Below are positions 20,744-28,741 of a stretch of 64,000 nt of DNA, one piece after another. Made by a program: the position numbers and the translations under genes. This DNA comes from an uncultured Fibrobacteria bacterium (GTDB lineage: Bacteria; Fibrobacterota; Fibrobacteria; UBA11236): assembly GCA_963716395.1 (NCBI GenBank), contig OY970309.1:3328001-3392000 (forward strand). Direction: 5' to 3'. Position 1 is the stretch's first letter. Each line of letters begins with the position of its first letter. The notes under the pieces are model-generated. The model worked only from the letters and a program-made list of their open reading frames with translations, was not told the DNA's origin and did no database searches.

Positions 20744-21013
20744 CTCAGTTGGTAGAGCAAGTCCGCCGCAGGCGGATTAATCGCTCGACGAACTGAGACT
20801 TCAGAGGTTTGATTTGGTGCCTGATAGCTCAGTTGGTAGAGCAAGTCCGCCGCAGGCGGATTAATCGCTCGACGAACTGAGACTTCAGAGGTTTGATTTG
20901 GTGCCTGATAGCTCAGTTGGTAGAGCAAGTCCGCCGCAGGCGGATTAATCGCTCGACGAACTGAGACTTCAGAGGTTTGATTTGGTGCCTGATAGCTCAG
21001 TTGGTAGAGCAAG
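20744..21013 (+). repeat. 84-bp tandem repeat (~3.2 units): tRNA-Asn nt 1-28 + palindrome TCCGCCGCAGGCGGA + tRNA nt 35-45 + 30-bp spacer
   Basis: TGCCTGATAG recurs at 20818, 20902 and 20986; palindromes at 20762, 20846 and 20930; the first unit lacks tRNA nt 1-10. Confidence 0.97.
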
Positions 21014-21359
21014 CGACTGTTAATCGCTCGGTCCCTGGTTCGAGTCCAGGTCAGGCAGCCAACCTTGTATCCCAAGTGTTTCAAGCCTACGCACTTCGTT
21101 CTCCTGCTTCCGGCCTATTCTATTTCGGGCATACCAATGATTTGGATCGACGATTACGGGAACATAACGACCCCGCACGCGACTCACGGCATTTCACCCG
21201 AAGACATTTGCCATGGGTGCTCGTTTACTCCGAATCCTTTTTGACCAGGTCCGAAGCCATGAAAAGGGAAAAATTTTTCAAATCGGGCCAAGGAAGGGAA
21301 TGGTTAAAGCAAAAATTGGCCGAAGAAGAGTGTGGTAGAGCAAGTCCGCCGCAGGCGGA
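20930..21359 (+). mobile_element. Putative 430-bp tRNA-carrying GIY-YIG element (innermost copy), bounded by the GCA palindrome at both ends
   Basis: Palindrome-[tRNA 35-45]-spacer-intact tRNA-Asn-GIY-YIG-[tRNA 17-28]-palindrome. Both junctions read TGGTAGAGCAAG-TCCGCCGCAGGCGGA-TTAATCGCTCG. Mobility is inferred, not shown. Confidence 0.55.
20986..21061 (+). tRNA. tRNA-Asn (anticodon GTT), intact
   Basis: 76 nt: TGCCTGA/TCAGGCA acceptor stem, GCTC/GAGC D-stem, AGCGA-CTGTTAA-TCGCT anticodon arm, CCTGG-TTCGAGT-CCAGG T-arm, G-CCA end. Confidence 0.97.
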
Positions 21360-21363
21360 TTAA
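21076..21363 (+). CDS. Small GIY-YIG nuclease (copy 1, 95 aa)
   Basis: GTG start; AYAL...FYFG (GIY-YIG variant), T.DL.RRL.EHN, PW.LVYSE, A.KREKFFKSGQGREWL. Confidence 0.9.
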   Translation: MFQAYALRSPASGLFYFGHTNDLDRRLREHNDPARDSRHFTRRHLPWVLVYSESFLTRSEAMKREKFFKSGQGREWLKQKLAEEECGRASPPQAD

Positions 21364-21401
21364 TCGCTCGGTCCCTGGTTCGAGTCCAGGTCAGGCAGCC
21401 A
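21333..21401 (+). pseudogene. 3' fragment of tRNA-Asn (nt 17-28, palindrome, nt 35-76)
   Basis: Retains the T-arm and CCA; lacks the 5' acceptor strand; anticodon destroyed by the palindrome at 21345-21359. Confidence 0.9.
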
Positions 21402-21415
21402 ACCTTGTATCCCAA

Positions 21416-21703
21416 GTGTTTCAAGCCTACGCACTTCGTTCTCCTGCTTCCGGCCTATTCTATTTCGGGCATACCAATGATTTGGATCGACGATTACGGG
21501 AACATAACGACCCCGCACGCGACTCACGGCATTTCACCCGAAGACATTTGCCATGGGTGCTCGTTTACTCCGAATCCTTTTTGACCAGGTCCGAAGCCAT
21601 GAAAAGGGAAAAATTTTTCAAATCGGGCCAAGGAAGGGAATGGTTAAAGCAAAAATTGGCCGAAGAAGAGTGTGGTAGAGCAAGTCCGCCGCAGGCGGAT
21701 TAA
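21416..21703 (+). CDS. Small GIY-YIG nuclease (copy 2, identical to copy 1)
   Basis: Exact 340-bp shifted duplicate of 21076-21363. Confidence 0.9.
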   Translation: MFQAYALRSPASGLFYFGHTNDLDRRLREHNDPARDSRHFTRRHLPWVLVYSESFLTRSEAMKREKFFKSGQGREWLKQKLAEEECGRASPPQAD

Positions 21704-21741
21704 TCGCTCGGTCCCTGGTTCGAGTCCAGGTCAGGCAGCCA
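21673..21741 (+). pseudogene. Second 3' fragment of tRNA-Asn
   Basis: Identical to 21333-21401; palindrome at 21685-21699. Confidence 0.9.
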
Positions 21742-21755
21742 ACCTTGTATCCCAA

Positions 21756-22004
21756 GTGTTTCAAGCCTACGCACTTCGTTCTCCTGCTTCCGGCCTATTC
21801 TATTTCGGGCATACCGATGATTTGGATCGACGATTACGGGAACATAACGACCCCGCACGCGACTCACGGCATTTCACCCGAAGACATTTGAGCCCAATCG
21901 CCATCCTCGTGCCGAACCCGAGCAATGAAGGTTTTTGCCGACGCGCTACACTCGGATATGGACATGCGAAAGAATGCATGGCGAAATTCCTGGAACCAGA
22001 GTGA
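21756..22004 (+). pseudogene. Truncated GIY-YIG nuclease (copy 3)
   Basis: Matches copies 1/2 (one N>D change) up to FTRRHL at 21890, then reads into unrelated sequence and loses the C-terminal half with the conserved Glu. Confidence 0.85.
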
Positions 22005-22162
22005 GTCAGGTTCGCAAGCGGGTGCATTTTCGTCGTGGGAGTTGCAGCCATAACCCGCCGATTTGATCAAAAGCGACCGGCCGGTTTTTCCACGCCCAAC
22101 CAAGACACTACTGCGCAAATGCAGTATTCTTTGTTGGGACAACTGGCTTTGCCTAGGATCAC

Positions 22163-24091
22163 ATGCGTTGGAAAATTATTTTCGTCTTCGGACTGCCTTT
22201 GTGGGCTGTGGCCGCTTCCCCACCTGCGGATTCCGTGGGTTCCGCCGAGCAGACGCAGGCGCGGGTGTATTTGAAGCAGCGTTTGCTGCAACTCAATCTG
22301 GAATTTCCATTCTCGACGTGGGCCCGGCGCCTCGATTCCCTGAACAATGAAATCGACGGCTTTCTAGCCCACCATCAACCCATGCGCTATGATCCGGCGT
22401 TGCGACCGGAGTTGCTGCGTTTTTCCGCAGCCTTGGATTCGGCGCGCGCCGAACGGCCCCAGGTGCAATCCCTCATCCATGAGATGTACGTGCAAATCAT
22501 GGTGGGGCGTATCCAAGAAGCTTTCCGCCGCGACGGCAAGACGCTGAGTCCGCAGGGGCGCGACGCACTGTATCGCGCCCTCAAGCCCTATGAGGCCGGC
22601 AGCCTGCGCCCTAAAACCGACTTTCTGGCCCAACTAGTTTCTTTGGATAGGAAATTTTCCCATGCCTACTCAACCTGGCTGTTCGAATGGGCCGGGGCCT
22701 GGTTTCCTCATTTATTGGCGACGCAATCGCAAGACACCGGTTTCGCCGCCGAAGAAGCCCAGCGGCAGGATCTGGCGCTGCAACTCGAATATTGGACGCG
22801 GCAAATCGACTCGGGCGGGGCAGCCCAGGCTGTGACCCATTTTCGGCAATTGCAGACCGAATTGCTGCAGGAAAGGCCGAGGGCGCTGGCCGACTTGCGC
22901 AGCATGGAAGCCAATCTCGATCCCGACATGTTGCTGAGCGACTTGTTGGAAGAGGCTCAGAAAGAAGGGCTTTCCTTCACCGTAGAGGCCGAAGAGCGGG
23001 TCGAAGCGGCGCTGGATGCGCGCGGACAATCCGTGCTGCTTCCCATGCGGGACAAAATCGACACCTGGATGCGTTTTGACCAAGCCCTGCAAAACGCCTT
23101 GACGCGCGCGCAGGCCACGGTGGATCGGAATCAACAGGCGATCACGGCGCATGCTGCCGAAGAACAGCAAGAACAGCAAGCGCAGCAGGAATTGGCCGCC
23201 CGCACCGAACAGGAGCAATGGGAACAACAGCGCCAGGCGGAAGAGCAGCGTGAACGCGAAGAACAGCAGCAACAACAAGAACAAGCGCGGCTGGCGGCTT
23301 TGGCCGCCGAGCAGGACTCGGCCGATGCGGCGGAGCGGGAACAGGCCGAACAAACCTTGGCGGAATGGAAAAGTTTGCAAGCCGGCGGCGCGCTGGCAGG
23401 GTTGGACGGGGCTACCGACAGCGCACTTGCCGTACACGCCGGAACTTTGAAAACCAGCACCGTGGCCAGCGGACGGACGCGGTTGCAGGTCGCGTCCCGA
23501 AAGTTTTCCGATACGCTGGCCTTTGTGGAAAAATTCACCGTGGACGAAAGCCACATCGATTTGTCCAAACTCAGCCTCGATCAAAAAGCTTCGCAATCGG
23601 CCTATGTCTACACCTCGCCGACCGGGCGCACCAACCCGCGCGATCTGGATCAATTCGTGCAGAACGTGGCGCTGGGATCTTTTAACACCGAATACCGTTT
23701 CCTTTCCTACCTGGTTCCGGAACGTCTGCGGTGCGGCCGCGATCTGGCTTGGGAATTCGATCGATCTTCCCAACCCGTTGTTCACGACCGGGTTTTCAGC
23801 TATGTCGATTTGGTGGACGACGCGCATCACAAACACGCTAAAGGCACCGGGACGCCGGCCGAGGGAGCGGAGATGAATCTGCCCGCGAATTTAATCGTTA
23901 TTTTCGACGCCCAAGGCGGCATTATGCGCTATCAATCCTTCGGCCATCCGGACCAAATATTCATCCGCCCGCAAGACCTGGTCGACGGGCGGCTGCATTA
24001 CAAGTTTTTAAACTACAGCGTCGATCGCGAAAACATCTATCTCAACGGGATCGATCCCGAGATAAAGGTCAGCGCGCCCGCCTCGGGCTGA
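22163..24091 (+). CDS. Exported hypothetical protein with Q/E-rich coiled-coil linker
   Basis: 642-aa ORF, signal peptide (MRWKIIFVFGLPLWAVAA), EEQQEQQAQQ...EQQQQQEQ region; family not recognised. Confidence 0.75.
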   Translation: MRWKIIFVFGLPLWAVAASPPADSVGSAEQTQARVYLKQRLLQLNLEFPFSTWARRLDSLNNEIDGFLAHHQPMRYDPALRPELLRFSAALDSARAERPQVQSLIHEMYVQIMVGRIQEAFRRDGKTLSPQGRDALYRALKPYEAGSLRPKTDFLAQLVSLDRKFSHAYSTWLFEWAGAWFPHLLATQSQDTGFAAEEAQRQDLALQLEYWTRQIDSGGAAQAVTHFRQLQTELLQERPRALADLRSMEANLDPDMLLSDLLEEAQKEGLSFTVEAEERVEAALDARGQSVLLPMRDKIDTWMRFDQALQNALTRAQATVDRNQQAITAHAAEEQQEQQAQQELAARTEQEQWEQQRQAEEQREREEQQQQQEQARLAALAAEQDSADAAEREQAEQTLAEWKSLQAGGALAGLDGATDSALAVHAGTLKTSTVASGRTRLQVASRKFSDTLAFVEKFTVDESHIDLSKLSLDQKASQSAYVYTSPTGRTNPRDLDQFVQNVALGSFNTEYRFLSYLVPERLRCGRDLAWEFDRSSQPVVHDRVFSYVDLVDDAHHKHAKGTGTPAEGAEMNLPANLIVIFDAQGGIMRYQSFGHPDQIFIRPQDLVDGRLHYKFLNYSVDRENIYLNGIDPEIKVSAPASG

Positions 24092-24093
24092 AA

Positions 24094-24879
24094 CTAGAGT
24101 CGTTTGCGCAGGAAAACCGCCACGCCCGAAACCAGCGAAGCCGCGGTCCAGACGATCACATTGAGTACGGAAGCGATGGGTACCACCACCGTCGGGTGCA
24201 CGGCGTTCAAAGCCCAGGCGTGCAGGACGCCGAATTGCGGCAGCCACAGAAACACCCGCATGCCGGTTTGCAACGGCTCCAGATAGGCGTGCCACAGCCC
24301 GGCGAGGAACAAGACCGGCAAGGCCAGCAGCCACACAAAAAAAATCAGGAAATTTCCGAACAGGTTTCGCAGGGTGAAATAGACGGCGATGAGGCAGGCC
24401 AAGGTCAGGCCCATGGAAAAAAGCAGCACCAGCAGGCGCCACGATTCGGAAGCGCCGATGTGCGCCAACTCTTCCCACAGCCAGAAGAAACCAATCAGGC
24501 CGTAGAGCAGGGCGTTGAGATACACCCCCGTCAACTTGGCCGCGTAAAACGGAAGGCGGCCCACGGAGCGCGCCAGGATCAGCAAATCATTGCTGCGTAG
24601 ATAATGCGATCCGGTCCGTTCCAGGCACAGGCAAAGCGCATACAGGGTGGCGAAGAAAAGCAGCAGCGAATACCCGCCTCCCAGGGCCACGGCCAACCGC
24701 GAAGTGTCGCTGACGGGCCGGCCCATGATGACGATGTCGCCGCCATAGGCCATGCGCACCGGCAACGGCAAGGCCAGCAGACAGGCAACGGCGATCCAGA
24801 ACAGCGGCCCGCGGAACCCGGCCAGAAATTCGCGCCAGGTCAGCACGGCGAAGATGCGCAGCGGGCTCAACGAACGCAT
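24094..24879 (-). CDS. ABC-2-type transporter permease
   Basis: Multi-TM protein; IFAVLTWREF N-terminus, LARSVGR...AKL, C-terminal FLRKRL; overlaps the ABC ATPase. Confidence 0.8.
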   Translation of the reverse strand: MRSLSPLRIFAVLTWREFLAGFRGPLFWIAVACLLALPLPVRMAYGGDIVIMGRPVSDTSRLAVALGGGYSLLLFFATLYALCLCLERTGSHYLRSNDLLILARSVGRLPFYAAKLTGVYLNALLYGLIGFFWLWEELAHIGASESWRLLVLLFSMGLTLACLIAVYFTLRNLFGNFLIFFVWLLALPVLFLAGLWHAYLEPLQTGMRVFLWLPQFGVLHAWALNAVHPTVVVPIASVLNVIVWTAASLVSGVAVFLRKRL

Positions 24880-25571
24880 ACCAGAAAAAACCTTTCCAAC
24901 GCATCAAAGTCTGCGAATTCAGCCATAGGTTTATCGCCCACCACGCGGCCGCGGTGGATTACGATCAGGCGATCGGCCATCTGCATGACTTCGGCCAGCC
25001 GGTGCGTCGAGAGCAAGAGCGAACTGCCGGCGCGTTTGGTCTCTTCGAGTTTGGATCGCAAAGTGGCGATGCCCACCGGATCCAGGCCGGAGTTGGGTTC
25101 GTCGAGAATCAAGAGCCGTCCGCAATCGAGCATGGCCAGGGCCAGGGCCAAGCGCTGCTTCATGCCCTTGCTGTAAATGCGCAAGGGATTGCGGCTCCAT
25201 TCCAACCCGAAGCTTTCCAAATAGGCCTCGAGCGCTTTGCGGTTCCCGCCCTGGAAGGCTCCGGTCAACCGGCAATGCACGCGCAGCAAATCGTCGGCGC
25301 GGGCGCGGTCGGAAAACGACACGGCCTCCTGCAAATAACCGACGCCGCGCCGCGCGAGGGGCAAATCGGCCGGCTCTCCGTGAATGAAAGCGCGGCCGCT
25401 GGTGGGGCGGCGCAGGCCGAGAATCATGTGCAGCAACGAGGATTTTCCGGCACCATTGGGTCCGACGACGGCCACGCAAGTGCCAGGCGCCACTTCCAGC
25501 GAAATGGGCCCAACCACCGTGCCATTGCCGTAGTCGAGAACCAAATCGCGGCACTCAAGCGCGGGAGTCAC
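24867..25571 (-). CDS. ABC transporter ATP-binding protein
   Basis: GPNGAGKSS, YSKGMKQRL, LILDEPNSGLDP, STH. Confidence 0.93.
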   Translation of the reverse strand: MTPALECRDLVLDYGNGTVVGPISLEVAPGTCVAVVGPNGAGKSSLLHMILGLRRPTSGRAFIHGEPADLPLARRGVGYLQEAVSFSDRARADDLLRVHCRLTGAFQGGNRKALEAYLESFGLEWSRNPLRIYSKGMKQRLALALAMLDCGRLLILDEPNSGLDPVGIATLRSKLEETKRAGSSLLLSTHRLAEVMQMADRLIVIHRGRVVGDKPMAEFADFDALERFFLVCVR

Positions 25572-26236
25572 GGTGCCGTCACCTTACGCCACCAGCGCGC
25601 TGGCTGACCGCCGGCCGGGAATTGCGTCCATTGCCCAACAGCCTGCACCAGGCCGCTGCGGCCGAACCAGGAATACGTCACGGCCACCGCGTGGCCGGCG
25701 TAATAGGTGCTCTCGGCGAACTTCCAGGTCTCGACCAGGCCTTCGGAGCGGCTCAAGGTATCGATGCCCTGCAATTGGTTCACGAAGCTCAAGTCGCCCA
25801 CTGCGGTGTCGCGCCGCCAGCCGATTTGCGGCGAGGCCGGCAAATCCGCATCGGCTCCGGGATCGGCCAGGGAGGCGGTGTCCCAAATCGATTGCGAGGC
25901 GTTGAATCCCAAGGTCGACAGAATACCGGCGGGAGCCGGCGCCCCATCATCGGTGGCGAAAACCAGCCGCGGCAACTCCTCCCCGCCACGCGTCGAGTCA
26001 CCGGTATGCGTCACGGTGATCTGCCGTGAAACCGAAACCGAGTCGTTGGGCGCGGCGCCCATGCCCTCGGTCCACAGATAGGTGCGCGTCGCGCCTACGG
26101 CAAAGGCGTCTTGCGCCGGTGCCAGCACCTCGGGTCTGGGCTCGAAGTCGCGCACCGCGAATAAATCGCACCCGCACAGATACCAACCGGCCGCGCAAAC
26201 CGCGACCGCCGTTTTCCACAGGAACCTCCCCACCAT
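25568..26236 (-). CDS. Putative lipoprotein
   Basis: Lipobox-like LCGC followed by DLF; overlaps the ABC ATPase start. Confidence 0.7.
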   Translation of the reverse strand: MVGRFLWKTAVAVCAAGWYLCGCDLFAVRDFEPRPEVLAPAQDAFAVGATRTYLWTEGMGAAPNDSVSVSRQITVTHTGDSTRGGEELPRLVFATDDGAPAPAGILSTLGFNASQSIWDTASLADPGADADLPASPQIGWRRDTAVGDLSFVNQLQGIDTLSRSEGLVETWKFAESTYYAGHAVAVTYSWFGRSGLVQAVGQWTQFPAGGQPARWWRKVTAP

Positions 26237-26314
26237 CTGGAATATACTTTCGGCGCCGGCGCGAAGATAGCCCGGACGGAAAAGCGCTAAGGCGGGGTTC
26301 TACATTATTCGTCC

Positions 26315-27238
26315 GTGAGTTTCCGCACCGCGCTGTATACCACGATTTTCACCTTGGCCATCGTCATGGTCATCACGCTCATCGTCTTTTGGAACATCTA
26401 CATCATCAGCGACTACCGCACCATCAAAGAACTTTACGAAGCCGTCGATAGCGGCCACCAGGTACCCGCGGTCGGCCGGTGGACGGTCTTGGTGCTGGGC
26501 ATCACCTTTCTCAGCCTGCTCATCGTGGTGCTTTCGGTGTTCTTCGCCAACTTACTTCGCGGCAATCGTTTCAAACGGCAGCAACGCGATTTCGTCAATA
26601 TGGTCACACATGAATTGCGGCTGCCGCTCTCTTCCATCCAGGTCTTCGCCCAGACCCTGCATCAGCGTCCCGTCAACGCCGAGGCCAAAGAAAAATTTGT
26701 CGACGGCATCCTTTCCGAATGCGGGCGGCTGGGGTTGCTCATCGATCAATTGCTGAAGCTGCAGCAAATCGAGCACGGCAAACTCCCGGTGCACAAGGCG
26801 CCGCTCGATGCGGGCGTCTTTCTGCGCGACTTCGCGGATCGGTGGCCCCGGCCGCTGAATATTCAGGCCGGAGCCAGCGCCCGGATCGAGGCCGATCCGG
26901 TGCTGCTCGAGTTGGCCCTCGCCAATCTCGTGAACAATGCCGAGAAATACGGGCGGGGCGGCATGCCCGAAGTGACGCTCACCCATGCGGGCCGCGAAGT
27001 GCAATTCGCGGTGCGCGATCAGGGCCGGCCGCTGAGCAAGCAAGAAGGTAAGCGGATATTCCGCAAGTTCTACCGGCTTTCCAACTCCGACACCAAGCGC
27101 CAATCCGGCGTCGGGCTCGGCCTGTACATCGTGAAGTACATCGCCTCGCTGCACAAAGGCACGGTGCGCCTGGCGTCGGCCGCCGAAGCCGGGCCCGCTG
27201 GCAACGAATTTCGACTGCGCCTGCCCGAGGCCGCATGA
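26315..27238 (+). CDS. Sensor histidine kinase
   Basis: Two TMs; H-box VTHELRLPL, N-box NLVNNAEKY, DQG, FRKFYR, GVGLGLYIV. Confidence 0.93.
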   Translation: MSFRTALYTTIFTLAIVMVITLIVFWNIYIISDYRTIKELYEAVDSGHQVPAVGRWTVLVLGITFLSLLIVVLSVFFANLLRGNRFKRQQRDFVNMVTHELRLPLSSIQVFAQTLHQRPVNAEAKEKFVDGILSECGRLGLLIDQLLKLQQIEHGKLPVHKAPLDAGVFLRDFADRWPRPLNIQAGASARIEADPVLLELALANLVNNAEKYGRGGMPEVTLTHAGREVQFAVRDQGRPLSKQEGKRIFRKFYRLSNSDTKRQSGVGLGLYIVKYIASLHKGTVRLASAAEAGPAGNEFRLRLPEAA

Positions 27239-27939
27239 GCCGCATTCTCCTGATCGAAGACGATCGCAGCCTAGCCCTGGGCCTGGAATTCAATCTGCGA
27301 TCCGAAGGCTATGAAGTACGGGTATGCGCCGATGCCGAAAGCGCCTTGGAGGCCCTGGCTTCCGATCCCGAATTCGACCTCATTTTGCTGGACTGGATGC
27401 TGCCGGGACAGGACGGGTTGCAAACCCTGCGGCAACTGCGGGCCGGCAACAACCGCATTCCCGCCCTCCTGCTTACGGCCCGTGACGGCAAAGAGGATAT
27501 CATCGAAGGCCTGGATAGCGGGGCCGACGACTATCTCACCAAGCCCTTTGATCTGAACATCCTGATGGCCCGCATCCGCAATCTTCTGCGCAGCGGGTCC
27601 TGGCGGACGCCAGCCGGCGGCGCTCCCGACGAAGCGCGTTTCGACGCCGTGCACATCGACTTCAACGCGCTAACGGCCACGGTGCGCGGCAAAACCAGCC
27701 GGCTCACCTATAAGGAGGCGCAAATTCTCAAGCTGCTTTGGGAAAGGCGCAATCAAATCGTGACGCGCGAGGAGTTGCTGCAAAAAATCTGGGGCGTCAG
27801 CGGTTATATCCAAAGTCGCACGGTGGACAACCATATCGTGCAATTGCGAAAACTTTTGGAAGAAAACCCCAAACGCCCGAAGTACATCGCCTCCATCCAC
27901 GGGTCGGGCTACAAATTCGTAGCGCCCCCGAATCTCTGA
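27235..27939 (+). CDS. OmpR/PhoB-family response regulator
   Basis: IEDD, LLDWMLPGQDG, LTA, GADDYLTKPF; winged-helix SRTVDNHIVQLRK...HGSGYKF. Confidence 0.95.
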   Translation: MSRILLIEDDRSLALGLEFNLRSEGYEVRVCADAESALEALASDPEFDLILLDWMLPGQDGLQTLRQLRAGNNRIPALLLTARDGKEDIIEGLDSGADDYLTKPFDLNILMARIRNLLRSGSWRTPAGGAPDEARFDAVHIDFNALTATVRGKTSRLTYKEAQILKLLWERRNQIVTREELLQKIWGVSGYIQSRTVDNHIVQLRKLLEENPKRPKYIASIHGSGYKFVAPPNL

Positions 27940-27988
27940 CGTACGCCAAGCCGTCGAATAACGCCGGGTCGTTTGCGAGACCGGACCT

Positions 27989-28741
27989 TCAGCGTCGGTG
28001 ACGCACCGGTTGCGGCGCGGGTTTTACCGTCCGCGGCAGAACTTCGTTTAACCGGCGGGTCAGGGTCGGTTCGCCCGGCGACCGTTGCAATCCGCGTCTC
28101 CAGGTCGCCACCGCATCGTCGGGGCGATGGAGTTTCCAATACACATTGCCCAGGTTGAAATAAGCGCTGAGAAAATCCGGGTCCAGAGTCAGCAGGTATT
28201 GGAACAAATCCCGGGCTTCTTGGTATTTGCCCAGGTTGAAGGCCACCACACCGGCCAGATTCAAGGTGTATTTGTCGCCGGGTTGCAGTTTGCGCGCTTC
28301 TTGCAGGTAATCACTGGCCGCGGCGTATTTTTGCTCCTGGTATAGCTTGTTGGCCAGATGGAACAAAGCAAAAGCGTAGTTCTGAGCGAACAGCGAATTG
28401 TCACCACCGAGGTGCGTGCAGATTTGATAGGCGTTGACGACCTCGGACCAGTCTTCGGCTTTGTCTTCGTCCAGCGCCTTTTTCTGCAAGCTGGTTTCCT
28501 GTAATACCAGCGCCAACCCGTAGCGCGCGTCAAACGAGAGCGGATCGACGTCAATTGCCTTTTCGAACAGGGTGCGGGCGCGATCGTAATCGCCGACGCG
28601 ATAGCAAGCCTTGGCGAGCTCCAAGTCGCTGCGGCAACCCGCCAGTAGCAAAACCGCCGCCCAAGCGCTCAGGCCGAAAATTGTCCTGCCGACGTGAGCC
28701 GGCGCAAGCCTCAACGCGTCCTCCTTGTCATAAATCATCAC
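27989..28741 (-). CDS. TPR-repeat lipoprotein
   Basis: Lipobox LLLAGC; repeated TPR helices (AYFNLGNVY, ARYGLALV). Confidence 0.82.
   Translation of the reverse strand: MMIYDKEDALRLAPAHVGRTIFGLSAWAAVLLLAGCRSDLELAKACYRVGDYDRARTLFEKAIDVDPLSFDARYGLALVLQETSLQKKALDEDKAEDWSEVVNAYQICTHLGGDNSLFAQNYAFALFHLANKLYQEQKYAAASDYLQEARKLQPGDKYTLNLAGVVAFNLGKYQEARDLFQYLLTLDPDFLSAYFNLGNVYWKLHRPDDAVATWRRGLQRSPGEPTLTRRLNEVLPRTVKPAPQPVRHRR

Larger units (their letters stand above)
21020..21890 (+). repeat. 340-bp tandem repeat (2 full + 1 partial): tRNA-Asn nt 35-76 + GIY-YIG gene + tRNA nt 17-28 + palindrome
   Basis: Units 21020-21359 and 21360-21699 are identical by eye; unit 21700-21890 has one A>G change (21816) and breaks off after AAGACATTTG. 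Confidence 0.97.

Noticed and set aside
20818-20985. Additional functional tRNA genes or intron-containing tRNAs
   Set aside because: These copies lack the T-arm and 3' acceptor strand, and nt 29-34 are deleted rather than interrupted, so splicing could not restore the anticodon.
20744-21013. CRISPR array interpretation of the 84-bp repeats
   Set aside because: The intervening sequences are identical rather than unique spacers, the repeat is tRNA-derived, and there are no cas genes in the window.
20722-21084. 120-aa minus-strand ORF with a repeated peptide
   Set aside because: It is the antisense of the tRNA and the 84-bp (multiple of 3) repeat, with no independent coding evidence.
20986-24091. 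Classical integrase-driven genomic island at tRNA-Asn
   Set aside because: No tyrosine or serine recombinase is present, and I noticed no distant attR copy in the window.
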